Assembly: GCA_963847445.1 (NCBI GenBank)
Contig: CAWJZV010000023.1
Coordinates: 64,001-128,000 of the forward strand
DNA from: an uncultured delta proteobacterium
GTDB lineage: Bacteria; Desulfobacterota; Binatia; UBA9968
Reading direction: 5' to 3'
Length of the DNA: 64,000 nucleotides
The notes beneath the pieces are model-generated. The model was not told the DNA's origin. It did not search any database and saw nothing but the letters and a program-made list of their open reading frames with translations. How positions within the stretch are numbered: the first letter of the stretch is position 1; the number at the start of each line of letters is the position of its first letter. Positions 10,414 to 23,070 of this stretch are shown piece by piece. The position numbers were made by a program, and so were the translations under genes.

Positions 10414-10884
10414 TCGCAGGCAACCACACAACGGTTTTTGGATTTGCGGCACCTAACGGTGAAATCCCTCGCTCCTTCGACGGTGCTCAGGACATGCTTC
10501 AGTCGAAGAGAAGAGTTGTCATACCGGGGGCGCGGTCGTCACCCCGGTGAAAACCGCGGTCCATCCCAGCCCCAGCATCCGGATAGCGTTTTCCAATAGT
10601 ACCACGGATACAGTCCGGCACCTGCTCTCGGCGGAACGACAATAAAGCGAAGAGGGAATTCAAATCGACATTGATTTACCGACGCGGGTGAGCCCGCCGG
10701 CTTTGCGGTGCGGCTCCGCACCGGCCTGTGCCTCTGCCTTTGGTCTTAGCCGGGACAGGCTGAAGGCGGTGGATGGTATTTATTTAGACGTGGCAAATAA
10801 GCCCCTTTCATTGCGCAAGTGTATCGGCGGAGCTAGAGTCAATAGAATCGATGTCAGAGGGATCTTTCCCGGACGGAGGGTTTT

Positions 10885-12723
10885 TTGACTTTATCATCAA
10901 AACAAATGGCAATTGGACTCGGCGTGGCGCTCCTGGTTTTTATGATTTTCACCGTTATTAGCAAACAAAACCGGGGCGAACCGGAGATTATTTTCAGCGA
11001 GTTTAACGCCGCTGTGGAGCGCGGCGACGTTGGCGAGGTGGTGATCCAGGGGAATAATATTCAAGGCAAATACAAGAACGGCGGACTGTTTAGAACTTTT
11101 ACCGCCGATGATCCGCAGCTGGTGAAGTCATTGCGCGGCAAGGACGTGAAAATCACCGCGAAGCCCGAGGATGACACGCCGTGGTACATGCTGCTGCTGC
11201 TTAATTGGTTTCCCATGCTGCTGCTCATCGGTGTCTGGATATTTTTCATGCGCCAGATGCAGGCCGGCGGCGGCAAGGCGATGTCCTTTGGCAAGAGCCG
11301 GGCAAAGCTGCTTACGGAGAATCAACAGCGCATCACCTTTCGCGATGTCGCCGGTGTCGACGAGGCCAAGGATGATCTGCAGGAGATCATCGCATTCCTC
11401 AAGGATCCAAAGAAATTCACCAAACTTGGCGGCCGAATTCCTAAAGGGTGTTTACTCGTCGGCGCCCCGGGAACCGGCAAGACGCTGTTGGCTCGAGCGA
11501 TCGCGGGTGAAGCCGGCGTGCCGTTCTTCAACATCAGCGGTTCCGATTTCGTCGAAATGTTCGTCGGCGTCGGCGCGTCTCGCGTGCGCGATCTATTCGT
11601 GCAGGGCAAAAAGAAGGCCCCTTGCATCATCTTTATCGACGAAATCGACGCCGTCGGACGTCACCGCGGCGCTGGCTTCGGCGGCGGCAATGACGAGCGG
11701 GAGCAGACGTTGAACCAGCTGCTGGTGGAAATGGATGGGTTCGAGTCCAACGAAGGAGTTATTCTGATCGCCGCGACCAACCGGCCCGATGTATTGGATC
11801 CCGCGTTGCTCCGTCCGGGGCGGTTCGATCGGCATGTTGTCGTGCCGCGGCCGGACATCAAAGGGCGGGAAGGCATCTTGCAGGTGCACTCGCGCAAGGT
11901 GCCCTTGGCAGGGGATGTCGATGTGAACGTGCTGGCGCGATCCACGCCCGGGCTTACCGGCGCGGACTTGGAGAATCTCGTCAACGAAGCGGCTTTGTTG
12001 GCGGCTCGCAATGACCAGGAAACAGTCACCATGGTCCACCTCGAGTTGGCCAAAGACAAGGTCATGATGGGCGCCGAGCGGCGCAGCATGATCATCAGCG
12101 ACGCAGAAAAGCGCACTACCGCCTATCATGAAGCCGGCCATGCGTTGGTGGCGAAATTGCTGCCGGGCGCCGATCCGATCCACAAAGTGACGATCATCCC
12201 GCGTGGCATGGCTTTGGGTCTGACGCAACAACTGCCCCAAGACGAAAAATATACCTATGCCTCGGCGTATCTGCTCAATAATCTAGTCATCCTGTTCGGC
12301 GGCCGCGTGGCCGAAGAGCTGGTGCTCAAGCAGGTCACCACGGGCGCAGGCAATGACATCGAAAAGGCGACGGATCTGGCGCGCCGAATGGTCTGCGAGT
12401 GGGGCATGAGCGAAAAGTTAGGGCCAATGACTTTCGGCAAAAAAGAGGAAGAGATCTTCATGGGAAGAGATTTTACCCAGAAAGTCGGCTATTCCAAGAA
12501 CACGGCCATTGAGATCGACGCTGAGATCAAGCGGATTATTCAGGAGAGCTACCAGCAGGCCAGGGACCTATTGACGACCCATCTCCTGCTGCTCCATAGC
12601 ATTGCCGAGCAGTTGCTTGAAAAAGAGGTTCTGGATGGTTCGGAGATTGACGCCATAGTCAGAGCTTTCAGTCTTAACGGCGGTGCCCCGGTCACATTAG
12701 CGACTGCGGCGGCCACTGCTTAA
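10885..12723 (+). CDS. ftsH: ATP-dependent zinc metalloprotease FtsH
   Basis: Two TM segments, Walker [34 protein letters not shown]. Confidence 0.97.
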   Translation: MTLSSKQMAIGLGVALLVFMIFTVISKQNRGEPEIIFSEFNAAVERGDVGEVVIQGNNIQGKYKNGGLFRTFTADDPQLVKSLRGKDVKITAKPEDDTPWYMLLLLNWFPMLLLIGVWIFFMRQMQAGGGKAMSFGKSRAKLLTENQQRITFRDVAGVDEAKDDLQEIIAFLKDPKKFTKLGGRIPKGCLLVGAPGTGKTLLARAIAGEAGVPFFNISGSDFVEMFVGVGASRVRDLFVQGKKKAPCIIFIDEIDAVGRHRGAGFGGGNDEREQTLNQLLVEMDGFESNEGVILIAATNRPDVLDPALLRPGRFDRHVVVPRPDIKGREGILQVHSRKVPLAGDVDVNVLARSTPGLTGADLENLVNEAALLAARNDQETVTMVHLELAKDKVMMGAERRSMIISDAEKRTTAYHEAGHALVAKLLPGADPIHKVTIIPRGMALGLTQQLPQDEKYTYASAYLLNNLVILFGGRVAEELVLKQVTTGAGNDIEKATDLARRMVCEWGMSEKLGPMTFGKKEEEIFMGRDFTQKVGYSKNTAIEIDAEIKRIIQESYQQARDLLTTHLLLLHSIAEQLLEKEVLDGSEIDAIVRAFSLNGGAPVTLATAAATA

Positions 12724-12862
12724 GTTCACTAAGGGCGAAAGGCGCGGGGCGGCGATTCAAGAGTTCAATGGTTCAAAGTTCAACGACAGAGTCGGACGGG
12801 AACTTGGACGTTTGGAGACACCCCGAGTTGTCGAAACCGATGTATTGCATGGAGGCGCTATC

Positions 12863-12994
12863 ATGAACCAGAATGCCAAACGTAATTCGCAACGCCGCAA
12901 GCGGCAAGCGACACGGCTTTCTAAACGCGAGTATTTTAGAAAGAAGAAGGAAGCCGTCGATGTGTCAGCTGCCGGGCAGAACAAAGCGGCGTAA
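12863..12994 (+). CDS. Small basic hypothetical protein (43 aa)
   Basis: RBS GGAGG 7 nt before ATG; MNQNAKRNSQRRKRQATRLSKREYFRKKKEAVDVSAAGQNKAA. Confidence 0.5.
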   Translation: MNQNAKRNSQRRKRQATRLSKREYFRKKKEAVDVSAAGQNKAA

Positions 12995-13008
12995 GAAAAC
13001 ATTTCATT

Positions 13009-13220
13009 CACCACGAAGGTTCGGAAGTTAAGTCTCTTCCTTCGTGCTCTGCGTACTATTATCCTTGACAATTTGCGTGACTGCGCAAATTATCAAGCGC
13101 CAATGCCAAGAGGACGGGTTTTAAACCCGCCCCTACGACTCCCGATATTTTTTGCGCCCTTTAGTTCTTTGCGGCCATTCGTCTTTTCGGCTGTATATAC
13201 GGATGCCGCTGCGCGTTGCC
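13009..13220 (-). repeat. Diverged reverse copy of the CTAGCGC-type composite repeat
   Basis: Reverse complement matches 41997-42170 (GGCCGCAAAGAAC..., GTAGGGGCGGGTTT..ACCCG, TTTGCGCA..GCGCAAATT, GGATAATAGTAC). Confidence 0.7.
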
Positions 13221-13242
13221 GGGTCATTTCTGGAGGGGCGAA

Positions 13243-14439
<1,197 letters not shown>

Positions 14440-14451
14440 GGCGCAAAATCC

Positions 14452-14946
14452 TTAGACTTTAAATTTCTCTTGGAGTTTTTTGAGGACATTGTCGGGCACC
14501 AGACCGGCCACGTTGCCGCCGAGACTGACGACTTCTTTGACGAGCCGCGAGCTGGTGTAAAATTCCGACTCGCCGGTCATCATGAAAAAGGTTTCCAGCT
14601 TGGGCTTGAGCCGGTGGTTCATCATCGCCATTTGAAATTCATATTCAAAGTCGGAGATCGCGCGCAGGCCGCGGATCACCACCGTCGCGCCTTGACGCTC
14701 CGCGTAGTCGACCAGTAGCCCTTGAAACGACACGGCCTTGACCCGGCCATCGGTGCCGGCGAACACCTCTTCGATCAACTGCAAGCGCTCTTGAACCGTG
14801 AACAGCGAGCGATCTTTGTCAGGATTGCTGGCGATAGCGACGACGACTTTGTCGAACACCCGCAAGGTGCGATTGACCAGATCGACATGGCCGTTGGTGA
14901 TCGGATCGAAGGAGCCGGGATAGATAGCGACATCGTTGTTAGCCAT
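14452..14946 (-). CDS. coaD: Phosphopantetheine adenylyltransferase
   Basis: YPGSFDPITNGH, RGLRAISDFEYEFQMA. Confidence 0.97.
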   Translation of the reverse strand: MANNDVAIYPGSFDPITNGHVDLVNRTLRVFDKVVVAIASNPDKDRSLFTVQERLQLIEEVFAGTDGRVKAVSFQGLLVDYAERQGATVVIRGLRAISDFEYEFQMAMMNHRLKPKLETFFMMTGESEFYTSSRLVKEVVSLGGNVAGLVPDNVLKKLQEKFKV

Positions 14947-14957
14947 AGTGTGTGTCC

Positions 14958-15531
14958 TTACGCGGTCGTATTCATAGCCTGTGATTTGTCGAAGAATGAC
15001 AACAAAGTATCACCATAACGGCGTTGATCATTCAATATGAGCCCGCCGTAATCGCGCCTGACGGCTTCCCGTCCGCTGTGTTCGACGACGACGATGGCGG
15101 CGGGGTTGAGCAAGGCGCACTGGCCGATGGCTTCCAGGGTCGTTTGTAACCAAGCCTCGTTCATAGGGTGGGTCGAGAAATATTAGATCGAACTTTTCGC
15201 CGGCCTTGTCGAGCTTGCGCAGCGCCCGCGCCACCGGAACGATCCAGACCTGCGCCCGCTGGAGCAATTCCAACCTGGTCAAGTTCGCGCGGATCACCGC
15301 CGCCGAGCGCGCCGACTCATCGACCAATACCGCTTCGACGGCGCCGCGGCTGAGCGCTTCGATGCTGACGTTGCCGCTGCCGGCGTAGAGATCGAGCACC
15401 CGCAGACCGGAGAAATCATGGGGCAGAATGTTAAACAGCGACTCCTTGACCCGCGCCGCCGTCGGCCGGACCGTCAGTCCTTTGGGTACTTTGAGCTTGC
15501 GGCCGCGCGCCGTTCCGCCGATCACTTTCAT
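14958..15531 (-). CDS. rsmD: 16S rRNA m2G966 methyltransferase (one frameshift near 15145)
   Basis: VRPT..RVKESLFN, LDLYAGSG, FLDPPY in one frame; VVVEH and RRYGDT in the next frame; adjacent to coaD. Confidence 0.9.
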
Positions 15532-15546
15532 GGTCAAAGAGTTCGC

Positions 15547-16594
15547 TCAGCCTTTACCATCAATGTCCAAGATGATCTTGCCGAAATGTCGGCCTGCCGC
15601 CAAATCGCTGCTGGGCCATGGCCGCTTGTGCCAGCGGGAAACACTTTGTCGATGACCGGCTTGGTACCGCTGGATTCCAGGAAGTTAAGCACCTGGCGCA
15701 GTTCATCGCGGCTGCCGAAAGATGAGCCGAAGACTTTCAAATGATGCCAAAAGATTCGCCGCAGATCGGTCGCCGGCTGCGCTCCGGCGCTGGCGCCGCA
15801 GGTCACCAGCCGTCCTCCTCTGGCCAAAGCGGCGAAGCTCTTCGGCCAGCCTCGCCGCCGATGCAGTCGACGACGACATCGACGCCGCGCTTGGCGGTAA
15901 GCCGGCGCACTTCCGATGGAAAATCTTGGCTTTGCTCGTCGATGCCATGTGCCGCGCCGAGAGCTTTCGCTTTGGCTATTTTCGCTGCGCTATCGGCGGT
16001 GACGATGGCGTGGGCGCCCAGTCGCAGCGCCAGTTGCAGCGCCGCGGTTGCCGACGCCGTCGCCAATGCCGCGGATCAACACCAGCTCACCTGGCTTGAG
16101 CTCGGCGTTGGTGATCAACATGCGCCAGGCGGAGACGAAGTCGCCGGCGATGGTCGCGCCTTCCTCGTAGGAAAGTCCCGCCGGCAGCGCGAAAGCAGTT
16201 TTGCGCACCGCAGCCGGAGATACTCGGCATAGGTGCCGTCGACTGTTTCGCCGAGCCGGTGCGGCTGCTCGCACAGGGATTGTCGGTCGCTGCGGCATGC
16301 GCGGCATGCGCCGCAGCCGTTTTGCGGGTAGAGGCACACGGCATCACCGTTCTTGAAGTCGTTGACGCCACTGCCAACGGCAGCGACCACACCGGCGCCG
16401 TCGCTGCCGAGAATCCGCGGCAGGCAGAGTCGCTGGCGTCGCTACCTTGGCGAATTTGCATGTCGGTGTGGTTGACCGCAGCGGCTTTCAGACGAACGAT
16501 GACATCGTCGGGTGACTGCAGATTGGGGATCGGCCGTCTCTTCGAAACGCAGTTGTTCGACGCCGCCATGGTGATGAATCCGTATCGCTTTCAA
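15547..16594 (-). CDS. Zn-binding alcohol dehydrogenase / quinone oxidoreductase (several frameshifts)
   Basis: Fragments MKAIRIHHHGG, CGACRAC...C Zn cluster, GTYAEY, GGRLVTCGA, GKIILDI spread over frames. Confidence 0.8.
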
Positions 16595-16667
16595 GACCGT
16601 TTCCTAGACAAGTATCAATTCGTTAGCAAGAACGAAAATCAGAGTCAAAGGGAGATGAAGATTTGGC

Positions 16668-16736
16668 ATTCACCGACAGACGCTGCGTTGAAGCAAATCT
16701 TACGTTTCTCCGCGTTCTCTGCGTCTCTGCGGTAAA
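16668..16736. repeat. 9-mer periodic hairpin (degenerate left arm)
   Basis: TTCACCG... / CTCCGCGTTCTCTGCGTCTCTGCGGTAAA. Confidence 0.6.
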
Positions 16737-16762
16737 ATTCCGAACTGAAATGAGAGGAACGG

Positions 16763-17116
16763 TTAAGCTGAGAAGGAAGTGCCGCAGCCGCAAGTGGCGG
16801 TGGCGTTGGGATTGCTGAACTTGAAGCCACCACCGTAGAGGCCGGATTCGTAGTCGATGACCATGCCTTGGAGCAATGGCACACTGGCGCCATCGACAAA
16901 GACTTTTACACCGTTCTGTTCGAGGACGATGTCGCCGGCTTTTCGTTCTCTGTCGAAGTCGAGTTTGTAGGAATGGCCGGAACAGCCGCCGTCGGTCACG
17001 CTGACGCGCAAACCATGCCCGGTGCGATTATCGCGCGCCAAGAGTTTTTTGACCTGCTCAATAGCGCTCTCCGTTAGTTTCAGGTCGAGCAGGAATTCGG
17101 GATTGGCCATTTCCAT
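16763..17116 (-). CDS. HesB/IscA/ErpA iron-sulfur cluster assembly accessory protein
   Basis: GGCSG and NPNATATCGCGTSF. Confidence 0.93.
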   Translation of the reverse strand: MEMANPEFLLDLKLTESAIEQVKKLLARDNRTGHGLRVSVTDGGCSGHSYKLDFDRERKAGDIVLEQNGVKVFVDGASVPLLQGMVIDYESGLYGGGFKFSNPNATATCGCGTSFSA

Positions 17117-17237
17117 AAAGTCACCTGTCAGTAAGGGTAATGCCGACGCCAAGGGGCAAGTCAAGGTCGATTTCAAGGTTTGGGATCGATCGGATCGCTC
17201 GCACCATCACCTGCACTCGGTAACAGAATGGGTCGAG

Positions 17238-18169
17238 CTATTTCTCGAAGAGCGCCTGAACGAAGCTTTCGGCTTCGAAGGGCTGGAGATCTTCGACATC
17301 TTCGCCGACACCGATGTATTGGACCGGGACGCCGAGTTCTTCTTGGATGCTGATGATGACGCCGCCTTTGGCGGTGCCGTCGAGTTTGGTCAGGACGATG
17401 CCGCTGATGTCGGTGGCCTCTTTGAAGACCCGGGCTTGCTGTAAGCCGTTTTGCCCGGTGGTGGCGTCGAGCACGAGCTAGCGTCTCGTGCGGCGCTTCG
17501 GGCAGCTCCCGGGCGATCACCCGGCGGATTTTCTTTAGCTCTTCGATCAGATGAACCTTGGTGTGCAGGCGGCCGGCGGTGTCGATGAGCAAGCACATCG
17601 ATGTTGCGGCTTTTGGCCGCTTGCATGCCGTCGAAGACCACCGCCGAGGGATCGGCGCCGGCCTTATGTTTGACGACATCGACGCCGACCCGCTTGGCCC
17701 CAGGCATCGAGTTGCTCGATGGCGGCGGCGCGGAAGGTGTCGCCGGCGACCAGCAATACTTTCTTACCGTCGTTACGATACTGGGCAGCCAACTTGCCGA
17801 TGGTGGTGGTCTTGCCGACGCCGTTGACGCCGAGAAAAATAACCACCCAGGGGCGCGCCGAAAGCGGCGCACGTTTGAGCGCGGCAACCGAGCCGCGCAG
17901 CATCTCGACCATGGCGGCTTGCAGTTTGGCCGACATTTCCTGGGCTGAGATCTTCGCTGTTCGCCCGGCGACTGACGGCGCAGCGCCTGCATCAACTTGT
18001 CCGTGGCTTTGACGCCGACATCGGCGGTGATCAGGCTCTCTTCCATCTCGTCGAGGGACTGTTCGTCCCATTGGCGATTTTGCAAGATCGTGCCGATCTT
18101 CTGCACCCAGGTCTCGCGACTTTTGGTCAATCCTTGTTTGAGCCGTTGAAAAAAAGCGCCGACTGCCAT
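17238..18169 (-). CDS. ftsY: Signal recognition particle receptor FtsY (frameshifted in this assembly)
   Basis: [41 protein letters not shown] across several frames. Confidence 0.92.
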
Positions 18170-18383
18170 GGGCTGATACTCTGCGAAGCTGTGCTGAGAG
18201 TCAAACGGCAGGCTCGAAAAGCTGGCGTGGAGTGGAATTAGTGTCTCGATCGAGGATGGTAGAGAATTTTAAGCGAAGTGACGTTCGCCATGCCGGCGCA
18301 GACGCCACCCGGATTCCGGCTTGCGCGAAATGACAAGGATTAACTCGATCGACAAATCACGCTCGACTTCGAGCCGAAGGCGA

Positions 18384-21300
18384 TCAATTCATGCGTACCG
18401 AGACGACTTTGGATACGCCGGGTTCGGCCATGGTGATGCCGTACAGCATCTCGGCAGATTCCATGGTCTTCTTGTTGTGGGTCACCAGGACGAATTGCGA
18501 GTGGCTGCTCATCTCGTGGATCATGTCATTGAAACGGTCGAGATTGGCGTCGTCGAGCGGGCGCGTCGACCTCGTCGAGGAAGCAGAAGGGGCTCGGTTT
18601 GGTTAAAAAGATCGCAAACAGCAAACTGACCGCGGTGAGCGCCTTCTCGCCGCCGGACAGGAGCGTGATCGACTGGAGCTTTTTCCCCGGCGGTTGGACG
18701 ATGATGTCGACGCCGGTTTCGAGAAAGTCGTTTTCGTCGGTGAGCACGAGCTCTGGCTTTGCCGCCGCGGAACAGGCGCGGGAAGATCGCTTCGAATTTC
18801 TCGTTGATCGCTTCGAAAGCTTTCCTTGAAGCGCAGCCGGCAGATGCGGTTCAATTTGACGATGGTCTGCTGCAAGTCGGCGATGGATTTTTCCAGATCT
18901 TCCTTTTGCTGGCTCATGAACTGGAAGCGTGTGGTCAGCTCTTCGTACTCGCCGATGGCGGCGAGATTTACTTCGCCCATGCGTTCCAGGCGGCCGCGCA
19001 GATCTTCGATGTCGAGCAGCAGTTGATCGCGCGACGGGCTTTCCTCGCCGGCGTCGGTGGCCAGCGACTCCAAGTCGGTGTCGTATTTTTCGCGCAGGTT
19101 GTCGGCAAGATGCTGCAGGTTGAGCCGCTTTTCGGCGAGCGTGAGCTGAATCCGGCTGCGCTCTTCCTGGCAGGCTATCGCCCAGCGGGCCGCAGCTCCT
19201 TGATAGTTTCGCCGATCTCGGCCAGCTGCATGGAGATCGCCCGATAGCTTTGCCGGTCGGCCTGCAAGCCGCTGCTCCAAATTCTCAAGCGCTTCCTTGG
19301 CGCCTGCGCAGCGACGCTTCGGTTTGCCCCAGCGCCTCGGCGATTTCGCCGCGCTGGCGTTGACAATCGGCGCCGCGGGTCTGCCAGCTGGCGATTTCTT
19401 GCTCGGTGTCTGCTCGTTGGCTTAAGCGATTGGCGAGATTGGCATGGGTGTTCTCGCGCTTTTCCCCCAAAGCGGCATTGCGTATGCGCGACTGCGTCAC
19501 CGCCGCTTCGGCGCTCTCGACGGCACTGCGCAATGCGCCAAAGCTCGCTTGCTGCTGCGCCAGGGTTTGTTCGCCGGTCAGTTTTTGCGCCGTGCGGGCT
19601 TCGATCATTTCGTAATTGCGCTGCGAGCTCGTCGCGCAGATTTTGTAATGCGCCGCGAGATCGCTTTGCTCCTGGCTGAGCGCCTGCAGGGTGCGGCTCA
19701 AGCGTTCATGTTCCTGACTGGCGGCACGATTCTCATGTTCCAAGCGCACCCGGTCGAGTTCGAGGCGATGGATCTCGTTGCTCAGGATAGTTCTGACGGG
19801 TTTGCGCCTGATCGAGTTCTGCTTTGAGTTTTGTCGAACTCGCTCTCCGCATCGGGGAGTCGGGCGGCGCAGATCGGCCAGGGCGCTGCCGAGTTCGCGA
19901 ATGCGCCGGCGCTGGGCGAGCAAATTGCCTTCCAAGCGGGGTGGTGCTGCCGCCGGTTACGGTGCCCATGGAATCGATTACTTCGCCGTCCGGTGTGACA
20001 ATGGTGCAGTAATAACCGTTGCGGTTCCATAGGGCCAAACCGGCGGTCAGGTTTGGCACGACGATTACGTCCGAGAGCAAATATTCGGCGATTTCCCGAT
20101 AGCCGTCTTTTATCGACACCATGTCGAGCAGCGGCGCGATCACCTCGGCTTCGCCCGAGCGGCAGGGGTTCTTTTTGACGGTGGCGCAACTGCATGGGCA
20201 TAAAGCTGCCGCGGCCCGACGCCTGTTGCTTGAGGAATTCGATCGACTCGATGCCCTCTTCATGGCCCTTGACGATGACGTACTGCAGCCGGTCGCCCAA
20301 GACGGCGGTCAAGGCCTTCTCGTAGCTTTCCGGCGCTTCGATGACCTCGGCGACCAGGCCGTAAACGCCGTTGGGCGAAATCGCCTGCTGCTTCTTGAGC
20401 ATGATGGCGCGCACGCCTTCTTGGTAGCCTTCGTAGTTGCGCTGGAGGTCTTCGAGGGACACGAGTCGTGAACGGTGTTCCTGGATCTCAGATTTGAGGC
20501 CGTCGATGTGCTGCTGTTGCTCGTCGCGCGCATGGCTGAGGGTCTGGATCGACGCCGTCACCATGGTCGATTCGAGCGCGCGCTCGCGCAGCTCGTCGAC
20601 GCAGGAGTTTAGCGCCTGGCCGGTCTCCTCGCGCCGTTCGGCGCACGCGGTCAACGCGCCGGTCGCCTGGGAAGATTCGCTTTGGCAGCGCGCCAGCTCG
20701 GCGGCAATTTCTGCCTGGCGTTTGTCTTTCGCCAGGCTGTCATTTTTCAAATAAGCGATCTGGTTGGCGGCGTCGATGAGCGCGGTTTTTTCCCGGTCGA
20801 TGTCTTCCTGCAGGGTGCGGATCTGCGCCTGCAGGCCGGTCAGTTCGGTTTCGCGCTCGCGCAGAAAAGTTTCTTCGAAAAGCGACAGCTGGATAAAGCT
20901 GTCTTTAGCTTTAGTGAGTTCTTCGATCTCCTGGTTCAGGGTTCTCAGCCGCTCGTCGACCGTGGTTAAGGCGATCTCTGGCTTCGTTTTCCGCTTGTTC
21001 CAGTTGTTCGAGATCGCGCCGGTAGAACTCGCATTTCTGCTCGTCGGTTTGGATTTGCGTGCGGCGTTGAAAAACGCGTCTTCTTGCTGGGCGCCGATGG
21101 CCTTGTCGGCTTCGAGCAGCGACAGCCGCACCGATTCGTTCTCCGCTTCCTTGCCATGGAGCGTGGCCAGATGTTCGGCCAGGCGGTTTTCGACCGCGGC
21201 GAGCCGCTGTTCCTGTTGGGCGATCTCGCCATGCAAAGCGTCGCGCTGCATCGCGGTGAAGGCGAAATCTTTTTCGCGCAGTTCGGCTCTGAGGGCGCGG

Positions 21301-21958
21301 TAGCGTTCGGCCTTCTTCGCCTGCAACTCCATGGTGCGGATCTGCCGTTCGATCTCGCGGACGATATCGCTGACGCGCAAGAGGTTTTGCTGGGTGCGCT
21401 CGAGTTTTTTCTCGGCGACCAGCTTGCGGCTCTTGTACATGCTGGTGCCGGCCGCTTCTTCGATCAGGCCGCGCCGTTCTTCCGGCTTGGCAGTTGACCA
21501 ACTCATCGACCTTGCCCTGCTCGACGATGGAGTAGGCTTTGCTGCCGACGCCGCTGCCCAAGAACAGCTCGATTACGTCCTTCAAGCCGGCAAGTGGATT
21601 TTGTTGATGGCGTATTCGGACTCGCCGGAGCGGAACAAGCCGGCGGGTGACCATGATCTCGCTCAAGTTGCTGTACTCCGCCGGGCTGCGGCGATCTTCG
21701 TTGTCGAAGGTGATCGATACTTCAGCCATGCCGGTGGGCGGGCAGGCTATCGCTGCCGGCGAAGACCACGTCCTCCATTTGATGGCCGCGCAGGTGGCGG
21801 GCGCTTTGCTCGCCCATGGCCCAGCGCAGGGCGTCGACGATATTGGACTTGCCGCAGCCGTTCGGGCCGACGACCGCCGTGACACCCGGATTGAACTCCA
21901 CGGCAGTCTTCTCGGCAAAGGACTTAAAACCAATCATTTCAAGGCGTTTGAGGCGCAT
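18384..21958 (-). CDS. smc: Chromosome segregation protein SMC (many frameshifts)
   Basis: N-terminal GFKSF and GPNGCGKSN, coiled coils, hinge, C-terminal [24 protein letters not shown]. Confidence 0.93.
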
Positions 21959-22015
21959 TATTTAATTCTATTTTAGGTAACTTTTTGGCAAGACTCGGAA
22001 GCTAAATATGCCGCC

Positions 22016-22142
22016 ACTATTTCATAGCTGTCGGGGGGTGTCAAGAATAAATCACAAGATACGGTGGGGCCTGTGGATAACTTACCACTATATATTGAAT
22101 TAACGCGCTTGCACCGGCTTCCGGCGGGTGGCCTGTGGATAA
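22016..22142 (-). promoter_or_regulatory. smc upstream region: sigma-70-like promoter, two NrdR-like boxes, two DnaA boxes
   Basis: Minus-strand TTGACA (22039-22044) with 17-bp spacer to AATAGT; tcaCaAgATacgGtgg (22052-22067) and ccaCtAtATaTtGaat (22085-22100); TGTGGATAA at 22072 and 22134. Confidence 0.6.
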
Positions 22143-22176
22143 GTTGCGGCTGGCGATCAGCCGGATCGACCCGGCG

Positions 22177-22865
22177 CTAGCGTTCAAGTAGTTCGGTATT
22201 CCAGTAGGAGGCGTCGACGGTATTGAGGAAAGGGTGTCCACTCCCGGTAGCGCGACAGGCTGAAGGTCTCCTGCATGAACGGCGTCCACTGCGGGCGCAC
22301 CGGATTGCGCGTCAGCAGCATGCCGGCCTGTTGCGGTGTCCGGCCGCCCTTGCGCCGATTGCACTCATGGCAGGAGCAGACCACATTCTCCCAAGTCGAT
22401 ACGCCGCCTTGGGAACGCGGAATGACGTGATCGAGATTGAGTTCCTGGCGCGGCAGCCGCCGGTGGCAGTACTGGCAGGTCAATTTGTCGCGGGCGTAGA
22501 TATTGAAGCGGCTGAAACGCACCTGGCGCTTAGGCACCCGGTCGTAGGTCACCAGCAGGATCACCCGGGGCACGCGAATGACCCGATTGACCATGCCGAC
22601 GGTCTCGTCATGGGCGGAGATCGACAAGATCGCTCCAGCTATCGAAATCGAAGGTTTGATACTGTTCGTTTACCGCTTTGGCGATGCCCTGGTAGAGCAG
22701 CACGAAGGCGCGCTTGACCGAGGTGACATGGATCGGCAAGTAGGACCGATTGAGAATCAGGACCTTGGTGTTGAGGATCGAATAACCTGGACGCTGTGGC
22801 TGAATAAACTCATAGTCAGCTTTGTCATCGCAGAATGATGGCGATCGGGTCGACGGTACTCTCAT
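22177..22865 (-). CDS. HNH endonuclease (McrA-like; frameshifted)
   Basis: VLILNRSY, FSRFNIYARD, CQYC, LDHVIPRSQGG, WENVVCSCHECNRRKG. Confidence 0.88.
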
Positions 22866-23070
22866 GAAAAGTACCGGGCTCCTGCGCCAATGTCAATTTG
22901 ACGCTGTAGCCAAGCGCGCAGCTTCATCTTGATCTCACCGGCGATTTCTTTTATAACTCGATGTCAGCTACTTTCTCTTTTGCTATTCGTCGGTTGCGCT
23001 ATTCCCTACACGGCCCGCCTCGCACCGCACCCACCGGCATCGCCAAGAGTTTAGTGTCTACAGTAAAACT

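Noticed and set aside
10539-10721. 60-aa Trp-rich minus-strand ORF upstream of ftsH
   Set aside because: No clear RBS or recognisable family; cannot be supported
17238-21958. ftsY and smc as true pseudogenes or programmed frameshifts
   Set aside because: Too many scattered indels without slippery-site patterns, and motifs are intact; sequencing error is more likely
22072-22142. Replication origin at the DnaA boxes
   Set aside because: Only two boxes, no extended AT-rich unwinding element, and no dnaA/dnaN/gidA context
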